Below, piece after piece: positions 60,090 through 64,000 of a stretch of DNA of 64,000 nt (its first letter is position 1; every line of letters begins with the position of its first letter). The notes below the pieces were generated by a model. The model was not told the origin of the DNA, searched no databases, and saw nothing but the letters and a program-made list of their open reading frames with translations. The stretch is taken from contig CAWBMV010000035.1 of assembly GCA_963789955.1 (NCBI GenBank), positions 13,366-77,365 of the forward strand, given 5' to 3'. Origin of the DNA: an uncultured Candidatus Rokubacteria bacterium. GTDB lineage: Bacteria; Methylomirabilota; Methylomirabilia; Rokubacteriales; CSP1-6. Position numbers and translations under genes: made by a program.

Positions 60090-61256
60090 CTAGCGCGCGC
60101 GCCCGGTGAACGCCGGCATGACCTCGGCGGCAAACCACTCGAGCTGCTCGAGCATCACCGATTCCGGCGCGCCCATGGGATGGCTGACCGACACGCGCTC
60201 GAGCCCGGGATAGTCCTTCTCCAGCCGCATGAGCGTGTCGATGATCTGCGCGGGCGGACCGCAGAGGTAGGCCCCCTGCGCCGCCGCTTCCTCGATCGTG
60301 GGAAGGCCGGCGTACGGTGCTCGCTTCGGATCGGCCATCACGGCGATTTGCTCCTCGGACATCGAGCGCACCAGACGCAGCGGCCCGAACATCTTGAGGT
60401 TCTCTTCGAAGTAGCCCGCCGCGGCCTTGATGGCTTCCTCTTTCGTCGCGGCGAGCTGGAAGTGGAACCCGATGCAGAGCCCCTCGCCCAGCGCGGTCTC
60501 TCGCCCGGCCCGGCGCTGCGCGTCGCGATAGCCCTCGACGACGGCACGCATGGCGCCGCCCTCGGCCACGCCGCCGCCGATGAGTCCCTTGATGCCGTGC
60601 TTCGCCATGAAGTCGAGCCCGCGCGGCGTCGCGCTCTGGATGGGCTGCCAGCACTCGACGGGGTGCACGGGCCGCGGCACCAGGGTGAGGTCCTTCAAGT
60701 CGTAGCCGCGATACGGCACGCGGGCCGGAATGGTGTAGTGCTTGCCTTCGTGTGAGAACACGGCGGCGTTGAAGGCTTTGAAGATGATGTCGACCTGCTC
60801 CTCGAAGAGCTCGCGGTTGGCCGCCTGGTCGAGCAGCGGCGCGCCGAAGGTGTCCACTTCGCGCGTGTGATAGCCGCGCCCGACGCCGAAGCGCACGCGT
60901 CCGCCGGTGAGCACGTCCGCCATGGCGAAGTCTTCGGCGAGCCGGAGCGGATGCCACATCGGCGCGATGTTGAAGCCGCACCCGATCTTCAGCCGCTCGG
61001 TCTGGTGGGCCAGGTCGAGCGCCATCATCAGGACGTTCGGGATGCATTCATAGCCTTCGCGCTGGAAATGATGCTCGGCGAGCCAGAAGGTGTCGTATCC
61101 GCATCGATCGAGCAGGCGCGCCAGATTCCGGGCCTTGGCGAAGGTGGTGACGAGGTGCTCGTTGGGAAACACGCGGCTGTTCACGGCGGTGCCGCCGTAG
61201 CCGATGTCGTCCATGTCGACGTGGCCGGCGTACAGGCTGTCGAACTTGGTGATCAT
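60090..61256 (-). CDS. LLM class (luciferase-like) flavin-dependent oxidoreductase
   Basis: WLAEHHF, HPLRLAED..D.LTGGR..FGVGRGY, CGPP. Confidence 0.9.
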   Translation of the reverse strand: MITKFDSLYAGHVDMDDIGYGGTAVNSRVFPNEHLVTTFAKARNLARLLDRCGYDTFWLAEHHFQREGYECIPNVLMMALDLAHQTERLKIGCGFNIAPMWHPLRLAEDFAMADVLTGGRVRFGVGRGYHTREVDTFGAPLLDQAANRELFEEQVDIIFKAFNAAVFSHEGKHYTIPARVPYRGYDLKDLTLVPRPVHPVECWQPIQSATPRGLDFMAKHGIKGLIGGGVAEGGAMRAVVEGYRDAQRRAGRETALGEGLCIGFHFQLAATKEEAIKAAAGYFEENLKMFGPLRLVRSMSEEQIAVMADPKRAPYAGLPTIEEAAAQGAYLCGPPAQIIDTLMRLEKDYPGLERVSVSHPMGAPESVMLEQLEWFAAEVMPAFTGRAR

Positions 61257-61286
61257 GCGCTCTCTCTTCCTTTCGCGATTCGCCGC

Positions 61287-62438
61287 CTAGTCGAACAGCG
61301 ACAGATCGATCGCGTCACCCATCGCGCGATAGCCGAGATCGCTCGGGTGGAGGTGATCGCCGCAGTCGTAGATCGGGAGCATCCGGGTCGGATGGCCGGG
61401 ATCGCGCAACGCTCGATCGAAGTCGACGATCGCGTCGAAGCCTTCGGCCTTGCGCAGCCACTCGTTGACCGCCTGGCGCACCGCCTCGCGCCTCGGGTTC
61501 CAGGCGCCGGGCAGAAACGTTTCGTTCTCGAACGGCGTGAGCGTGGCCGCCATGACCTTGATCCCGCGCGCGCGCCCGCGCACCGCGAACTGCTTGAGCC
61601 CGGCGATCATCTGCGGCGCGGTCACTTCTTCCTCGGCCTTGCCCGGGCGATTCCGCAGATCGTTCGTACCGAGCATGACGATGACGTGCGTGGCGCCCGG
61701 CTGGGCCAGCACGTCGCGGTCGAACCGGCGCAGACCGCTGTCGCCGCGGATGTCGTGCAGGATTCGGTTGCCGCCGAGTCCCTGGTTCATGACCGCGATC
61801 GGCCGGCCGCTCGTCCGCGCGATCAGACGGCGCGCCAGCTGCGAGGGCCAGCTGTGATGACCGTCGTGGGTCGAGATGTTGGCGTCGGTCAGCGAATCGC
61901 CGACCGCGACGACGGCGCCCGTCTCCCCCGGCGCGATGACGTCGACGCCGCAGACGAAGTACCAGTCGTCGGTCAGCCGGCCGACCGGCATGACGTCTTC
62001 TCCGGCGAAGTCTCCCGGCGGCGAGATGTAGTTCGTCTGCCGCGCATAGCGCCCGGTGATCCCGAAGCTCGCCGGCAGATCGGCCGGCAGGTGCACGCTG
62101 ACGGCAAGGTCCGCCAGCGGCGCGATCTCGAGCTCGACCGGATCGCTGACGATCAGCGCGCCGGCCGCGATCGTCGCGCTGCTCTCGCCACCGAAGGTGA
62201 GCCGCCGGTTGGAGCCCGCGACGACGGCCGGTCCCGCGCTCCGTAGACCCGCGTATGCGGCGCCGACCGCCAGCGGGCGCGTGCCGTAGGCGTTCGAGAT
62301 GCGCACGCGCAGGATGCGGCCGCCGATGCTGACCCGCGGCATCATCCGCAGCGTGTGGTTACTGAAGGCGGCGCCCTCGCCGGGGGCGGGGGTGGCCGTC
62401 CAGGTGCCGACCCAGTGCGGGCTGTCTCTCATAGCCAT
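61287..62438 (-). CDS. SGNH/GDSL hydrolase with N-terminal beta domain
   Basis: WVGTW, GDSLT, NQGLGGN, GTND, DHLHP. Confidence 0.9.
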   Translation of the reverse strand: MAMRDSPHWVGTWTATPAPGEGAAFSNHTLRMMPRVSIGGRILRVRISNAYGTRPLAVGAAYAGLRSAGPAVVAGSNRRLTFGGESSATIAAGALIVSDPVELEIAPLADLAVSVHLPADLPASFGITGRYARQTNYISPPGDFAGEDVMPVGRLTDDWYFVCGVDVIAPGETGAVVAVGDSLTDANISTHDGHHSWPSQLARRLIARTSGRPIAVMNQGLGGNRILHDIRGDSGLRRFDRDVLAQPGATHVIVMLGTNDLRNRPGKAEEEVTAPQMIAGLKQFAVRGRARGIKVMAATLTPFENETFLPGAWNPRREAVRQAVNEWLRKAEGFDAIVDFDRALRDPGHPTRMLPIYDCGDHLHPSDLGYRAMGDAIDLSLFD

Positions 62439-62545
62439 TGACGCCTCCTTAACACACTCGAGCCACTCGCGTCGCTCCCGTGTCGGCGAGAACCGCCGCA
62501 ACCCCGGTGCTATGCTACGCGCAATTCCGGCGCGGGAGGTCAGGT

Positions 62546-62992
62546 ATGGCGGGATCTCAGGTCACCGAGTTCAGGAAGCTCACCCTCGATTCGTTGAAGG
62601 TCGGCGAGGAGTTCGTCTCCGACGACCATCTCGTCATTCCCGAGGACATCGAGGCGCACGGCTTCGCCGTGGAGGACGACCATCCCTGGCTCGCCGAGCA
62701 GACCGCGCCGCCGACGTTGATGGCCAATCAAGCGCTGCACCTGCGGCACAGCAAGTACATCGTGCACGCCGGGCTGCACGCCAGGATGGAGTTCAACTTC
62801 CTGGAGCCCATCCGGCTCGGGATGCGCGTCCGCACGCGCGGCAAGGTGATCGACAAGTTCGAGCGTCGGGGCAAACCCTACATGGTGACCGAGTACGTCA
62901 CCGAGGACGAGACCGGCCGCGTGCTCGTGCGCGGGCAGTTCACCCAGATGATCATCCCCGAGCCGGAGGCGCCCCATGGCCACGCGCGTTGA
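62546..62992 (+). CDS. MaoC-like hotdog-fold protein
   Basis: DDHPW, APPT, LHA, FLEPI..G, DKFERRGKPY. Confidence 0.78.
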   Translation: MAGSQVTEFRKLTLDSLKVGEEFVSDDHLVIPEDIEAHGFAVEDDHPWLAEQTAPPTLMANQALHLRHSKYIVHAGLHARMEFNFLEPIRLGMRVRTRGKVIDKFERRGKPYMVTEYVTEDETGRVLVRGQFTQMIIPEPEAPHGHAR

Positions 62993-63392
62993 GACCGAGA
63001 CCACCGTCGGGCAGGTCCTCCCTTCCCTCGCGAAAGACGTCTCCCAGCGTCGGATCGACGTGTACTCCGGCGTCAAGCCGCGCTCCATCCACAGCGACGA
63101 AGCGTGGGCGCGTCAGAAGGGGTTCCGCGCCTGTCTGGCCCAGGGCATGATGTCGACGGCCTACGTGTCGCAGATGATGGTGAACCTGCTCGGCCCCAGC
63201 TTCGCCAGAGGCGGCACCATGTCGATGGCGTTCATCAAGCCCGTCTACGCCGGCGACCGTCTCAGCGTGCACGGGATCATCAAGGACAAGCAGCCGGACA
63301 ACGGCGCCACGCGCGTGGTCGTCGAAGTCTGGGTCGAGAACCAGCACGGAGAGAAGACGGCCGTCGGGCACGCGACCGGCCTCGTGTCCTGA
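62976..63392 (+). CDS. MaoC family dehydratase
   Basis: SIHSDE..A..GF...AQGM, FIKPVYAGD, NQHGE. Confidence 0.85.
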   Translation: MATRVETETTVGQVLPSLAKDVSQRRIDVYSGVKPRSIHSDEAWARQKGFRACLAQGMMSTAYVSQMMVNLLGPSFARGGTMSMAFIKPVYAGDRLSVHGIIKDKQPDNGATRVVVEVWVENQHGEKTAVGHATGLVS

Positions 63393-63407
63393 TCACCGAG
63401 CGGATTC

Positions 63408-63948
63408 ATGCATGCCTGGCACGACGTGGAGCTCGGCGACGCCATCGAGAGTGGCTTCCGGGCCATCATCGAGATCCCGAAGGGCTCGAAGGTGAAGTAC
63501 GAGCTCGACAAGCAAACGGGGCTCCTCTGGGTCGATCGGGTCCTCTACAGCGCGGTGCACTATCCGGCGAACTACGGCTTTCTGCCGCAGACCTACTGCC
63601 TCGACGGGGACCCGCTCGACGTCCTGGTGCTCGGGCAGGAGCCGGTCGTCCCGCTGTGCACGCTTGCGCGCGAAGGCGATCGGCGCGATGCCGATGGTCG
63701 ACGACAAGGGCCCCGATGACAAGATCATCGCGGTTCACGCCGACGACCCGGAGTACGCGCACTATCGCGACATCTCCGAGCTGTCGGGCCACCGGCTGAA
63801 GGAGCTCGAGCGTTTCTTCCTCGACTACAAGGTGCTCGAGCACAAGGCCGTGAGTGTCGGCGATATGCATGGCCGGGTGGAGGCCGAGCGGCTGATCCGC
63901 GAGGCGGCGCAGCTGTATCGGGAGAAGATCAAGCCGACCCGGCAGTGA
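63408..63948 (+). CDS. ppa: Family I inorganic pyrophosphatase (frameshift near 63668)
   Basis: IEIPKGS.VKYELDK, DRVL, YPANYG, DGDPLDV, DDKIIAV, FFLDYK. Confidence 0.92.
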
Positions 63949-64000
63949 TAGGCTACAGCCCGTGGCGCGACTGACGATTCGCATCGACCTTTCCGCCCAT

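Overview
A very GC-rich (~70%) bacterial chromosomal segment with about 63 protein-coding genes. No rRNA, tRNA, CRISPR array or intact mobile element is visible. The gene content (many amidohydrolases, Liv- and NitT/TauT-type ABC transporters, luciferase-like and VOC enzymes, a Pal lipoprotein) suggests a diderm soil heterotroph such as Rokubacteria/Methylomirabilota; this is inference only. About 20 genes, including the housekeeping pyrophosphatase, are split by single-base indels that most likely reflect long-read errors rather than pseudogenes, so many coordinates are reconstructed across frames. Highlights: (1) a TetR-controlled stand-alone membrane protein (46049-47227) whose two D-x3-H-x12/13-H motifs match the spacing of the CuC and CuD copper sites of PmoC/AmoC, with no pmoA/pmoB in the window; (2) a peptidase-S51-type Ser-His-Glu hydrolase fused to the DALR/anticodon-binding end of cysteinyl-tRNA synthetase (23191-24505); (3) two genes sharing an uncharacterised Arg-rich 'DRR' domain, one fused to a Zn ribbon and one to an IS21-transposase-like HTH, both preceded by a sigma54-type box also found upstream of pal and a lytic transglycosylase; (4) a ~10.5-kb nucleoside uptake/catabolism-like cluster (7698-18244) with active-site-divergent MTAP-fold and proline-racemase-fold enzymes; (5) a TauD / His-rich protein / ThuA-Gfo / Gfo / MshA-like operon.
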